DNA of 64,000 bases from the human T2T-CHM13v2.0 reference genome, Homo sapiens, in assembly GCF_009914755.1 (NCBI RefSeq), contig NC_060936.1, one strand, 5' to 3'. Made by a program: the position numbers and the translations under genes. The number at the start of each line of letters is the position of its first letter. The stretch's first letter is position 1. Positions 26,782 to 40,347 of the stretch are shown piece after piece. The notes beneath the pieces are model-generated. The model had not been told where the DNA came from, did not search any database, and was given only the letters and a program-made list of their open reading frames with translations.

Positions 26782-27194
26782 CAGTAGTTCCCCTTTATCC
26801 ATAGTCTTGCTTTCTGTGGTTTCAGTTACCTGTGGCCAGTCATGGTCCAAAAATGTTAAGATATTTTGAGAAAGAAAGGGAGAGAGTGTGAGGAACTCCC
26901 CCACCCCCAGCCAAGGGAAGTGATGAGTGATTTTGTAACCCCTCCTGAGAAACCACACTTCTCCCACAGATCTTTACATTCATACAACTCTTGGTATAGT
27001 ATAATTATTCTATTTTATTATTAGTTACTATTGTTAATCTCTTACTGTTCTTAATTTATAAACTAAACTTTATCATAGTTATAAACATACAGGGAAAACA
27101 TAGTATATATATATATAGTGTTCAGTATTATCTGAGATTTTAGGCACTACTGCGGTTGTTGAAACATCCCCTTGCAGATAAGTGTATACTACTG
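26782..27194 (+). mobile_element. MER44A (Tigger family) carrying an 87-bp foreign insert
   Basis: CAGTAGT...ACTACTG terminal inverted repeats, TA at right flank, internal match to MER44A; strand nominal. Confidence 0.85.
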
Positions 27195-29692
27195 TATAAT
27201 TAGAACTGTAGATTAATTTAGTTTTATTTTTGTATATCTGTATTTTCTGTAATAGTATACATTTCTTTCATAATGAAAATATAAAATGAAAGTTATTATT
27301 TTGAAGGGGTGAGTTTACTTTTCCCCAAGGCCCCAATAAATATGCTTCCATTTATACAGCTTGGCCAGAATTGAGTCACCTGGTCACTCATAACTGCTAA
27401 GGAACATGAGGAGGTAAATATTTCTACTCTAAATCAAATCAAGGTTTTGATAGTAAATAAGAATATAAACTGGGCTAGCAAATTACAGTGTCCACTGTAG
27501 ATGCAATGTATGCTGAATTTTGCATTTAATGATTACTCAGCTGTAATTTGCCTAAAAAAATGACCTGTAAATAGGTGTATATACCTAGTGGTTATGTGTT
27601 AGTTTGTACATAAACGAGATCAGAGAACCATGATTTGGTGGGAAAGCATGCCTGGATTCAGACCTGGGTTCTAATCTTATCTTTAATATTCTTATTTGTT
27701 ACTCTAAAAAAGTGGAAATAATACCTATTTTTATGATGCTTAAAAAGAATAAGGACTATGAAGTGTCACCTATATATAAAGAGAGCTAAATCAATTGTTG
27801 AATTTACCAAAAAAAAAGTCATATGGTTTAGCCATTCATAGGGAACTAACTTTAATTCTCTCTCTATTGTGTTAGGAATATCTGTGTTCTATGGAAATTG
27901 ATTCTATTTTTAGAAATATCTTACTGTTGAAACGTTCTTTTCCTTATTGACTCAAATTTGTCTTCTGTTTTATACCAAGGCTCTTACTAAGGGAGAACTT
28001 CTCTTGGAATTTAAACACATTGCATGATAAATAGATACTTTTTCTATTTGCAGTGTTAGATTTAAGGGTTATTATTATTTTCAATATAATTTATGTTTGT
28101 TTCAAGGGAAAAATAATTCCTGAAATGTTTTCCATTGAAGTCATGTGTCGCTTAAATGTTCGTTGCCAGTGTGACTCCAACAAATAACTGCCCTTATAAA
28201 TTAACTTTGATATTACCTAATTAATGAATATGAATGTGTCCAGTTTTTCCATTTCCTTTCAGGGCAAGCACATCTGGTACTTAGAAGCATTGCTGCAATC
28301 TCACACAAAGAGGGTTAGTTGATGAAGCTTGTTGAATATCCCATGTGCCAAAGAAAGCAACTTGGCTTCCTCTGAATACTCTATTTCATGCCCCAAATAC
28401 TGTGTGAGTGTCTAAAACTGCACATGTCATTCTGATAGTGTTTTGCTTCTCTGATACCCAGTCCAATATCGAAGGCATTCCTCTATGTTCTTGGGGCATT
28501 AACTGGGTCCCAGAGTATCTTCCAAGCCTGATGTTTCCATGGGACTGAAAGTCAATAGGCCCATCTGCCCCACCGGAAGTGGCTTTGCCATCTGGCTTTA
28601 GGAAATTGGGTCATGGCTTACTGGTTCAAAGTGAATTGGTAGTAAATCTTTCTTATGTTGCAGAACAAAACACAATCATGAAAAGACTGCCTTTGAAAGG
28701 TAAAAAGACACATCTCTGGAGTCATCCTCAGCTCATTTTACCCACATATGCTGACCAGGAAATCATCAGTCTAATACCATTTATGGAATGCCAGATGTTT
28801 TATATTCATTATCTTTGCTACTCACAAAAACCACATGTAAGTTTTATTTCCCCCACCTAATAGATGTGTCCCTAGTCTAAGAGAGATTAAATGAGATGTC
28901 CAAGATGCACAACCCGGCAGAAGTGCATCTTAGAATCAAATCTGCATCAGTACCATGGCCTCTGCACACACCTGCTTTCCATGACCTAATCCCAGCTGCG
29001 GTGTCACTCTTCCTGCCTCTATGCCATTCTTTTATACTGTGGTCTAAAGAAGTCAATAGGTTTTCATAAATTGGAATATACTGTTGGTAATGTTTTTTTC
29101 CTGAAATAGTAAACAAGCTTTGAATTTAAACTAAACAAAACAGTACTTGCCCTTTAACATTTTCCAAAGCCAAGAAGGAAGAATCCTTGAACTGCTTTCC
29201 TAACTTTTCTATTATAACATGTCCATCCTTCTGACTTTGGCTCTTCTCAATTGCAAAGATTTGTTGACTTACTTGGAAACAAATGTTTAAAGCCAACTCA
29301 TCAGTACTCATTTGGTCAGAAGGGAAATTTAAGAAGTATGTAAATGTGATTAAAATGGAAAAAATTATTCTCTAGTTCAAATTGCTTCATGGTCTCACAT
29401 GATAAGCCTCAGTCAGAAAAGAAAGGAGGCTATGACTAGGTGTGCCATTATCTCACCTAGAGAATAAAGATTTCCAGAAAGGAACTCCTCTTGTGTTTAA
29501 AATCACCATCTATAAGGATTTTATAGGCTGCAAGCTTCATGTACATTTAAACTTAACCTTCTCATTTTTATTGTTGGTTGAATCAGACCTACTTGAAGTA
29601 TAACAGCAAGAATGTTTATTTACAATTTTCAGTATTAATTATCCAATTGAAAGTACCAAGTGAATGATTTAGAACTCCTACAATATTATTTG

Positions 29693-30005
29693 TTTTGTTT
29701 TGTTTTGTTTTTGAGACAGAGTCTCGCTCTGTCGCTCAGGCTGGAGTACAGTGATGTGATCTTGGCTCACTCCAACCTCCACCTCCAGGGTTCAAGCAAT
29801 TCTTATGCCTCAGCCTCCTGAGTAGCTGGGACTACAGGTAGCGTGTGCCACCACACATGGCTAATTGTTGTATTTTTAGTAGAGACGGGGCGGGGGTGGT
29901 TTCACTTTGTTGGCCAGGCTGGTCTCAAACACCTGACCTCAGGTAATCTGCCCACCTTGGCCTCCCAAAGTGCTGGGATTACAGGCCTGAGCCACCGCTC
30001 CCGGC
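29693..30005 (-). mobile_element. AluSx/Sz
   Basis: Full dimer, (TTTTG)n tail, perfect 21-bp TSD (29672-29692 / 30009-30029). Confidence 0.95.
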
Positions 30006-30744
30006 TGTGAACTCCTACAATATTATTTGAGAAGTCATTTTCCGTGGTATGCTGTATATAATGTAAAACACACACACACACACACACACATTATTTTCTA
30101 TGTGGTTTCTAAAACAAAAAGCTTTCTATCTATTTTCAAGTCATTCTAATTTTAAGATGTAGAAATTACCTTTGTTTTCAGAGTAAGACATTAATTTTCA
30201 GAAAATATAAATATCCATAGAATATCTATATCTATAGATATAGATATATAATATGTGGAGATAAATAGATACTATGTGGATACATATATATATATCCTAT
30301 TTTATATATCTCTCTCCTATTTCATATATATATATACATAACCTCCCCACATAGCATAATGGCATTAATTGAAGCAATGTAAAATAATGAACAGGGTGTA
30401 CTACTTTCATGTACTTTCATGTATTTATTTTCTTTTTACTAGCAATTTCCTAGTTTTTAAAATGAGCAGACTTCTAAGATTGGAATCTGAGGAATGTCAT
30501 TTTTTATGAAGCTTTTTCATAACACATTTCTTCACTGAAATCTCTAGGTCACTCAATCTGCTGAAGCAGTCTTAAGCTCTGCTGATCCCAGTCAGAGGCC
30601 AGAAGGAACATTTGCTTAAATTCAAAACTCTCTCTGCAATATACCCAGGATTTGGGGTTCACAGAGAAAAAATCCAATAAGCCTAAACTGGCTACTGATA
30701 GATTCTGAGACAGGAGTAGGTTAGAGGTCAAACGTGGAAGATGA

Positions 30745-31333
30745 TATTGGGGCTTAGAGACTGATACCCCAGAATATGGTACTTTGACATGGAAAACTGA
30801 AGAAGCCTCAAGATCTCTCTGACTCTCCTCCAACTCCTGTCTCTCAATCTCTGTCTCTCCCAATGTGCAGAATAAAAATGTTCTTGAAGTTCCCTTATCT
30901 GGCAAAAGTCCGGACCCACCAAAGAAGAAAGCAATTACCTCTGGTCCCTTCCTGAGTTTTCATTAACTGAACTCCTTTGGCCAGAATGAAGATGAAAGTC
31001 TCAACACACCTGCACACATTTGCAAACTACTGCTCTGCAGGTCCAACAGACTTTGTCCCAGGCCCCTGTATGTTTTTTAAGTCTATTGAATTTCCCTAAA
31101 AATCCCATACTACCCACCTAAAATCATCCACATTTCCCCATCTCCATTTCTCCTAATAAGAAGGGTATATAAGTATCTGTACCCCATTGTGTGAGTGGGG
31201 AATCACTCTGTGATTTTTACCCCATGCACATTAATACATCTGTGTGCTTCTTCTCTTATTAATCTGTCTTTTGTCTGTTGATTTTTAGTGAAACTTCAGA
31301 GGGCAAAGGGGACGTTTTCCCATGGCCCCTACA
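30745..31333 (+). mobile_element. ERV1 solo LTR (LTR54/MER34-group-like)
   Basis: tattggggcttagagactgataccccagaatatgg start; TATA near 31166; ...ttttcccatggcccctACA end. Confidence 0.7.
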
Positions 31334-32216
31334 GTGGGATAGAGATCACATTTTGGTATAGAGCTGGGGACTTTAGAAATAATATGAATGGGGTACTATA
31401 TGGTCACAGTTAGTGGGCTGAGGGAAAAAAACAAAAAAAAACATGTTAAGGCCATCTAACGGGATGATTCTTATAGTCTGGTTTGTCTTGTCTTCTTTTG
31501 CTATAGCTTCCCTAGGTGATATTTTCAATAATTGTGGATTAAAGTAATATCTTTATGCTGGTCACTACTAAATTTACATTTCAAGTCCAGATCTTCCTTC
31601 TGGGAAGCACTCTCAAAACTTCTTCCTACACAGTATTTTCACAAGGGTGTCTCAAAGGCACAGTCTCCAAAACAGACATCTTTCATTTTCCACCAATTCA
31701 TCTTTCCGTTTCATTCTTCTTCATCTCAAAAAGTGGCAATACCACCCTCCTGTCAATTGCTCATGATCAAAATGTCTTGCCTTTTCTTTATTCACCTAAG
31801 TCCCATTGATTTGACTTTCAAAAGATTTTTGGATCTACTCATTTCTCTGAAAGTCTCCTGTCATCACAAAGTACAAAGTACCAACACCTATTTCCTAGAT
31901 CATGGTGTTAAATTCCTAATTCACTTTTATAAACTTTCTTTCCTGTCCTCTTACAATACATTGATTGCCAGCAATGACTAAACCGAAAATGTAAATTGCA
32001 TCATGCCATTATTTTGCTTAAAGCTTCCCAATGTTTACTCATTGAACTCGAAATAAAATCCTAAGTCTTTTCAGTGGCCTAAAGGCCCTGCATTATCTAG
32101 GCCTAGCTGCAATTTTCTCTATTCCCACCACGACATACTCCCACTACAGATCTCTAGTATCTCTGGATACTGAGTGTTCCAGCTCTATCCTAGCTCATTG
32201 CTTTTGCACATGCTAT

Positions 32217-33539
32217 TGAGAGGTGACAGCGTGCTAGCAGTCCTCACAGCCCTTGCTCGCTCTCGGCGCCTCCTCTGCCTGGGCTCCCACGTTGGCGGCA
32301 CTTGAGGAGCCCTTCGCCCGCCACTGCACTGTGGGAGCCCCTTTCTGGGCTGGCCAAGGCCAAGGCCCCTCAGCTTGCGGGGAGGTGTGGAGAGAGAGGC
32401 ACGGGCAGGAACCGGGGCTGCGCGCGGTGCTTGCGGGACAGCGCGAGTTCCGGGTGGGCGTTGGCTCGGTGGACCCCGCACTCGGAGCGGCAGGCCGGCC
32501 CCACCGGCCGGGGCAGTGAGGGGCTTAGCACCTGGGCCAGCAGCTGCTGTGCTCAATTTCTCGCTGGGCCTTAGCTGCCTTCTTGCGGGGCAGGGCTCGT
32601 GACCTGCAGCGAGCCATGCCTGAGCCTCCTCCCCACTCCGTGGGCTCCTGTGTCGCCCGAGCTTCCCCGACGAGCGCGGCCCCTGCTCCATGGTGCCCAG
32701 TCCCATTGACCACCCAAGGGCTGAGAAGTGCGGGCGCACCGCGCGGGACTGGCAGGCAGCTCCACCTGCAGCCCCGGTGAGGGATCCACTGGGTGAAGCC
32801 AGCTGGGCTTCTGAGTCTGGTGGGGACATGGAGAACCTTTATGTCTAGCTAAGGGATTGTAAATACACCAATCGGCACTCTGTATCTAGCTCAAGGTTTG
32901 TAAACACACCAATCAGCACCCTGTGTCTAGCTCAGAGTTTGTGAATGCACCAATCAACACTTCGTATCTAGCTAATCTGGGGGGGATGTGCAGAACCTTT
33001 GTGTCTAGCTCAGGGATTGTAAAGGCACCAATCAGCACCCTGTCAAAACAGACCACTGGGCTCTACCAATCAGCAGGATGTGGGTAGGGCCAGATAAGAG
33101 AATAAAAGCAGGCTGCCCTAGCCAGCAGTGGCAACCCGTTGGGGTCCCTTCCACACTGTGGAAGCTTTGTTCTTTCGCTCTTTGCAATAAATCCTGCTGC
33201 TGCTCACTCTTTGGGTCCACACTGCCATTATGAGCTGTAACACCATGAAGGTCTGCAGCTTCACTCCTGAATCCAAGGAGACCAGGGACCCACCGGGAGG
33301 AATGAACAACTCCAGACGCCCGCCTTAGGAGCTGTAACACTCACTGAGAAGGTCCGCAGCTTCACTCCTGAGCCAGCGAGACCACGAACCCACCAGAAGG
33401 AAGAAACTCCCAACACATCCGAACATCAGAAGGAACAAACTCCAGATGCGCCACCTTAAGAGCTGTAACACTCACTGCGAGGGTCCACAGCTTCATTCTT
33501 GAAGTCACTGAGACCAAGAACCCACCAATTCCGGACACA
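32217..33539 (+). mobile_element. LTR12C solo LTR (ERV9)
   Basis: TGAGAGGTGACAGCGTGC start, CCAATTCCGGACACA end, CpG-rich U3, tandem CCAAT repeats, TSD CTAT/CTCT. Confidence 0.97.
32860..33140 (+). promoter_or_regulatory. LTR12C enhancer/promoter: five CCAAT (NF-Y) boxes, GATA site and AATAAAA TATA-like box
   Basis: CCAAT at 32868, 32909, 32950, 33028, 33066; AGATAA near 33093; AATAAAAG near 33101; known ERV9 promoter layout, activity not shown. Confidence 0.7.
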
Positions 33540-34184
33540 CTCTCTCTTCTGTCTAAAATGCACTCATCTCAATTTTTTTCCGTGACTAGCTCATTATCTT
33601 CTTTTTAGGTCTCAACTGCAGTGCTACATCATCATGAGGCCTTCCATGACCACTGACCCTTGCTCTCTTCAAAACTATTATTAAAGTTTGCAACTGCTTA
33701 TTTATCTATCTCATTTATTTGTCTGTCAGTCACCCTCACTACAATGCAAGCTGCATAACTCCTTTGTTTACTACATTATCCCAGCCGTCTGTTAAATTAA
33801 TGAGTTGATGAATAGTCAAGGAGCGTATTTTGTTAATACAAGGAAGCAATTTGAGAAGATGGACCAGAAGAAGCCTCTCTGGTCAGAGGGAGTTTCCAAG
33901 GAGTTTTGGGTTTCCAATCAAGATTCCCAGTCAGCCCTGCCTTATGTCAAAGGAGTTTGTTAACATCCCTCGTATTGTGAATCCTACTGTATTTCCACCT
34001 CCTAGTTGTTAAGTAGGGGAACCGTTGAGCATTTCAAGAATTGTAGTGACCAGAGAAGCCTTATCCCAGATGGAGCAATTTCTCTTGGGTTCTCAAAACT
34101 GCTTAACTCTTGGTTTTACTGGCCTATTTTCTTCACAGAGACTTAAAAGTGGGACCTCAAGAGATAGTCTGATGGCAAAAAGGG

Positions 34185-34203
34185 CTGCCACCAGATGGCA
34201 GCA
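34185..34203 (+). promoter_or_regulatory. Predicted CTCF site
   Basis: CTGCCACCAGATGGCAGCA fits the core CCASYAGRKGGCRS in apparently unique DNA. Confidence 0.7.
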
Positions 34204-34438
34204 AAGAGTTGTCTTCTTGCATGGTTACTTTTAAATCTTGCCCCTATTTAGAGGTATTAAAATATGATTGTTTCTGAAATACACTTACATCATCAATGAC
34301 TTTCCCATTTGGCATTTGTATCTGTTTATTTCAAACACTTCCAGTTCATAGATTCAATGGGAAAATTCCACTAGATAAAGGGATATCTTCAGAAAAGAAA
34401 AAACTCAAATTGGAAATTTTTTGAATGAAAAATGATAG

Positions 34439-34812
<374 letters not shown>

Positions 34813-35314
34813 TTATGATGAAGACTTTTATGTTTGAAAATGAATTAATTCACTTGACACCAACTGACTAAAAAAAAAAATAAGAAATATAAGGAAAGGT
34901 ATGTGCTGCTGTATCAGGTGCTCTCAATAGTGATGCACTAACACCTGTGTAGTTTTATTAATCATTGGGATCATTTTGCTATCCTGTTGGAATTGAACTA
35001 CTTAGGCTGGCATAAAAGCCTTTAACATTCTACATTTGAATTAGCGTCACTAACTCACTACAATCACTTCCCCCTCCATTATCTACTCTAGTCATGATAA
35101 ACTCCCCACTTCCCAAACACTTCAATCACATCAGTGCCTTTGCTCATGCCAATCCCAGGTCTATGAGTAATCCAGCAGCTCTTTTGAGTTGAAAAATATC
35201 TATTTATTTTTCAAGAACCATCGCAAATGTAACTCCTTCTGGAGGCTTTTCTGCCTTTCATTCTCTTTCACACAGAAAGACCCTCTTCTTTGAGTTTCTA
35301 TATGTCACCTCATG

Positions 35315-36120
35315 CAATCATTCATCCAGTAAATAACTATTAGATAATTCACCATGCATTATATCTAATGTGCTGAGTAAATAACAAGCACATCACTGCT
35401 ATCATAGACTATAGAAGGATAAGGAGAAATTAAATGAAGAGTTATTGTATGTTGAATGCTATAAAGATCTATAGGACATATATCTTTTACATGTGATAGA
35501 GGATTTCCTGAATGCTAAAACAGATCTAAAGAATGAATAGAAGCCATCTAGACAAAGAGAGGGGAGGCAGAAATTCTAGGTAGAAAAAAGAACATGTGAA
35601 AAACCACTCAGAAGATGGTATCTATTAATTCAAGGAATCACTAGTTCAGTGTGGTGGAGCAGAGAGAGTAAGGGGAAGGACACTCAAATGAGGGTGGAGA
35701 GTTAGGAAGGGGAGTGGATAGTTCAGACTCTTTAAAGCCTTATTGAGGATGCTGGACTCTACCCAACAGTAGGGAAAAGTCAGCAGCAGCTTTTAAGAAG
35801 AGTGATAAAATAATCAGATGTGGATTTGATCCATTACTGTAACCCTAAAATAGAGAAGGGATTGGAGAAGAGCACAAGTAGGTTTGAGGAAGTGTAGGGA
35901 GGTTATCGGAATAGTCTCAGCAAGTGCTTTTGATAGATTGGACTAGGGCTGTAACCATGGGGATGGAGAGAAGTAGATTGATTTGAATGTTATTAAAGAG
36001 GCAACATTGCTGGACTTGGTGATTGGTTGTGGGGAATAAGGGAGAAGAAGGAATCAAGTGGGCTCTAAGGTTTCTAGATTGAGCCACCGTATATAGATGA
36101 TTGTGCTATTTCCAGGGGTG
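35315..36120 (-). mobile_element. L2
   Basis: atcattcatccagtaaataactattag 3' end; ggatggagagaagtagattgatttga. Confidence 0.7.
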
Positions 36121-36307
36121 ATTTGATTTTTATATTACTGATTAATATTTAGAGTTACATGGCTCCTTTGTTTAATGTGCTCAAGACGTATATAATAAGA
36201 ATAAATGTCATGTTATTTCAAAACTAGGATATCAAACTTATAAAATTCATGTTTAAAATAATTTCTGGAATTCTAAAGAAATACAAGTTGTAAAAAAAAA
36301 AAATGTC

Positions 36308-36620
<313 letters not shown>

Positions 36621-37614
36621 GTCATAATAATGAAGAGACATATCAGACTAGGACACCTGCAGTAATAATTACTCCTACTGCTATCAAATTCTGCCTATGT
36701 TTGCTGCTTAAAGGAAGCTTTTGCCCTTTCCTCTCTGTTTTCTGATCCTAGTAAGATTCACATCCTCCTGCATTTTACATATGTAATGCTTTAGAAATTA
36801 AAAATAGAATCTGCAAGCTGCAGAAATTCTAATTGAACATTTTAATAACTTCTTTTCTTTGGATTAATCAACTTTCCAAAGCATGAGCTATTTTTAGCAT
36901 CAGTTACACTTCTACCTTTGTGCCCAATTCTAATTCTCTTCACATCACAGAGGATCTCTTTACAGCACTCTCTTTGAAATCAATCAGCGCTTTCAGGAGT
37001 TATGCAGTGGAGGATGAGAATTGGGTCATGGCGGACATTCTCCCTCACATAAGGCTGAATTCTTTCACTTCCAGGTGCAAAGACAGAGTTAGATAATTAC
37101 CAGTTAAAGAGCAAAAAGAAGACCATTAGAGTAAACCCTTCCTTACCCCCCACCCCGCCAAAAAAAAACAAAAAAAAAACACACAAAAAAAACAAAAACT
37201 TACCTTGGTAATGCTATTTCAGATTGGTCACGTTGTTGTTCTGTTTCCAGAATTTTAACTTCACCAAGAAACAAATTACACTGAATAAATTTGCTATTAA
37301 AAAAAATTCCTGGTCTGCAAAATGGGAAGCAATATCTAATGCAACCTCCTCATACCCAACTTAACACTTAGATTCCTGGGAAGATCCTGAAAAGACCAGG
37401 AGGCAATCTACTGCCTGACAGATAATCTACTTGCAGGAACTTTAGACATTTCTATTAATTGTATGTTTGATGGAATTTGGAGTAAGGTAACAATAGTGAT
37501 TTGCCCTCCCCCTTCCTTTTTAAGAGGAAGAGAGTCAACACACTACCTGAAAGAAGGTTGTGAGATCTTTCATCCTTCCCCCACTGCCAATCTGTTCATT
37601 AGAGTTTCAGGTTC

Positions 37615-37997
37615 TATATTAGTCCATTTGTGTTGCTATAAAGGAATACCTGAGACTGGGTAATTTATAGGGGAAAAAGTTATTCGGCTCATGATTCTGA
37701 TTGGCTGGAAGAGTAGTCATCTGGTGAGGGCCTCAGGCTGCTTCCACTCATGGTGGAAGGGGAAGGGGGTCTGGCAGATGTGGAAATCACAGAGATGCCA
37801 GGATCTTCTTAACAACCAGATATCCTGGGAACTGAAAGAGTGGGAACTCACTCACTTCCCCATCCAGGGAGGGTATTTATCTCTTCACAACGGATCCACC
37901 CCCATGACCCAAACACCTCCCATTAGGCCCCACCTCCAACATTGGGGATCAAATTTCAACACAAGATTTGGAGGAGACAAACATCCAAACTATAATG
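37615..37997 (-). mobile_element. MST (MSTB/C-like) MaLR LTR
   Basis: tattagtccatttgtgttgctataaaggaatacctgagactgggtaatttata ... acatccaaactata. Confidence 0.85.
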
Positions 37998-38161
37998 CAT
38001 ATCGACCAGAAAAGAGGAAAATCATGTCTTTTCTTCATTCATATTGATTTTGAAGTTGTCAGAAGGCTACTCTTCTAGCCTTTCTCCCAACTCCCATTAT
38101 TCAAATAAAGTGAGGTAGATGGGATCAGGGTAGACCAGAGCAATAAATAATTCAGGGGAAA

Positions 38162-38451
38162 GGCTAGGCATGGTGGCTCACACCTGTAATCTGAGCATTT
38201 TGGGAGGCTCACGTGGGCAAATCCCTTGAGCTCAGGAGTTCGAGAACAGCCTGGGCAATATGGTGAAACCCCGTCTCTACAAAAAATTTGCTGGGCGTGA
38301 TAGAACATGCCTGTAGTCCCCCGCTACTTAGGAGGCTGAGTGGGAAGCTCATCTGAGCTTGAGAGGCGGAGGTTGCAGTAAGCCTAGATTGCAGCATTGC
38401 ACTCCAACCTGGGTGGCAGAGTGAGACCCTGTCTCAAAAAAGAAAAAAAAA
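38162..38451 (+). mobile_element. AluJ (Jb-like)
   Basis: Diverged full dimer with A tail. Confidence 0.9.
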
Positions 38452-38671
38452 TTAAGGGGAAATTTTAAGTGCATATACTTCGTATTTCATATGTTCATCT
38501 TTTTAGGAAACCAGGTAGGATATGCAGAATATTTATCATCCCATAAAAAGAGTCCATGAGAGGAATATTTGGAGACAGTAATAAAACTTAGATCTTAACT
38601 AGTTTTTCACACAGATACAATTTCTTATTTATCCACTACCCCTCTACCTATTGAAGCCACTGAGGTCCTTA

Positions 38672-39053
<382 letters not shown>

Positions 39054-39572
39054 TTACGAAAAAACATACCAGAAAGAATGCCTTCCACTACAAGAGAAAG
39101 AAAAATTATTTTGATTTTCCAAAGTAAATAAATTCCTATAAGGATAGAAGTTTTGACTATCCTGAGATAAAGCTCGAAGCAAGAAAATGTAATGTTGGAC
39201 TGGAAAGTCAGTAGAGGAAGAGTCCATTTCTGACTCTCCTCACTACACACATCTTCTCCTTTGGTAGCACAGAAAAGAGATAATAAACCTCCTTTATGGT
39301 TTAGGGGAAAGGGTTTAAAGATTGGAAGAGGAGAGTAAGAATGTTCCCATGTGGACAGAGAGTGGGATCCTGCCTTTGTCCCTCCCAAGGTCAAAATAGA
39401 GGTTGTGTTTATTCTATATCTGCAAATAAATTTGAGAATTGAAGAGCAGGAGTGCCCTACTTCTTATCTGGATTGTTGAGAAGGGGAACTTAGGCAGAAC
39501 ATTGCAATCATAATGCAGGAAACATGCATGCAAGGGCAGTTAGAGAGAGAGACAGAGACTCTCACCCCTATC

Positions 39573-40240
39573 CGTTACCATTGTAAGGTATCAGCTGCCA
39601 GCGGTGAATCCATATGGGTCTTCAGCAATCTCAGTTCTTGCCTCCTCAGAAGAAAGAATTCAACCCAGTGACATAAGGCAGAAAAAGAGACTAAGGCAAG
39701 TTTCAGAGCAGGAGTGTAAGTTTATTTAAAAGGCTTAAAGCAGAAAAGAATTGAAAGAAAAGTATACTTGGAAGAAACTCAAGCAGACACCAAGGTCAAG
39801 TAGATGTTTAACCTTCATCTTAGGTTAAACTTTCCCATGATTCCTTCCCATGATTCTTCCCTTAGGGTGGGCTGCCTGCATGCCCAGTGCCCCTCTTACC
39901 CTCAGGAAGTGAGCATGTACAGTGTGTTTAGGAAGTTGTATGAATGCCCGTCTGAGGCTTTCTTCCTTTTTCCAGTAGAGTGCCTCAGGAAAGTCATACT
40001 CCACCATTGTGTCTCTTAATGTGCATGTCCAAGAAGTCGCTTCTTCCTGTCATCTGTATTCAGTTATGACTTCAGTGCAATAGGTGTGGATCATCAGGGA
40101 ACAGCCTCTCCCTAGCACCAGCTGCTAATTTATCACTTTTAGAGATGCAAGGTGATAACTACTGAACCATCATCTGGCATTCCTAATAGGTGGGAGAGCC
40201 CTCTTCTGCCCCACTTATGCCTATCTAATAAACTGTAACA
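39573..40240 (-). mobile_element. MER50-like ERV1 solo LTR
   Basis: ttcttgcctcctcagaagaaagaattc; ends TGTAACA; TSD TATC/TGTC. Confidence 0.8.
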
Positions 40241-40347
40241 TGTCCTCCTGCTCTCATGGACCAAGAGCAGTGTGGATGAGCATCTAAATTATGTCCATGT
40301 TCCCTTGAAATTGATGCACAGGAAGGCTGAGAAAGTATAGGTGGCAC

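Larger units (their letters stand above)
31500..33812 (+). mobile_element. L2 split by LTR12C
   Basis: gcttaaagcttcccaatg, tttgcacatgct, resuming after 33540 and ending taatgagttgatgaa. Confidence 0.7.

Noticed and set aside
28877-29311. Two adjacent minus-strand ORFs with some splice-like signals
   Set aside because: No recognisable homology, part overlaps a probable MIR, and acceptor/donor pairs are weak or inconsistent
32185-32829. 214-aa ORF and overlapping ORFs
   Set aside because: They lie in the GC-rich U3 of LTR12C, where stops are rare in all frames
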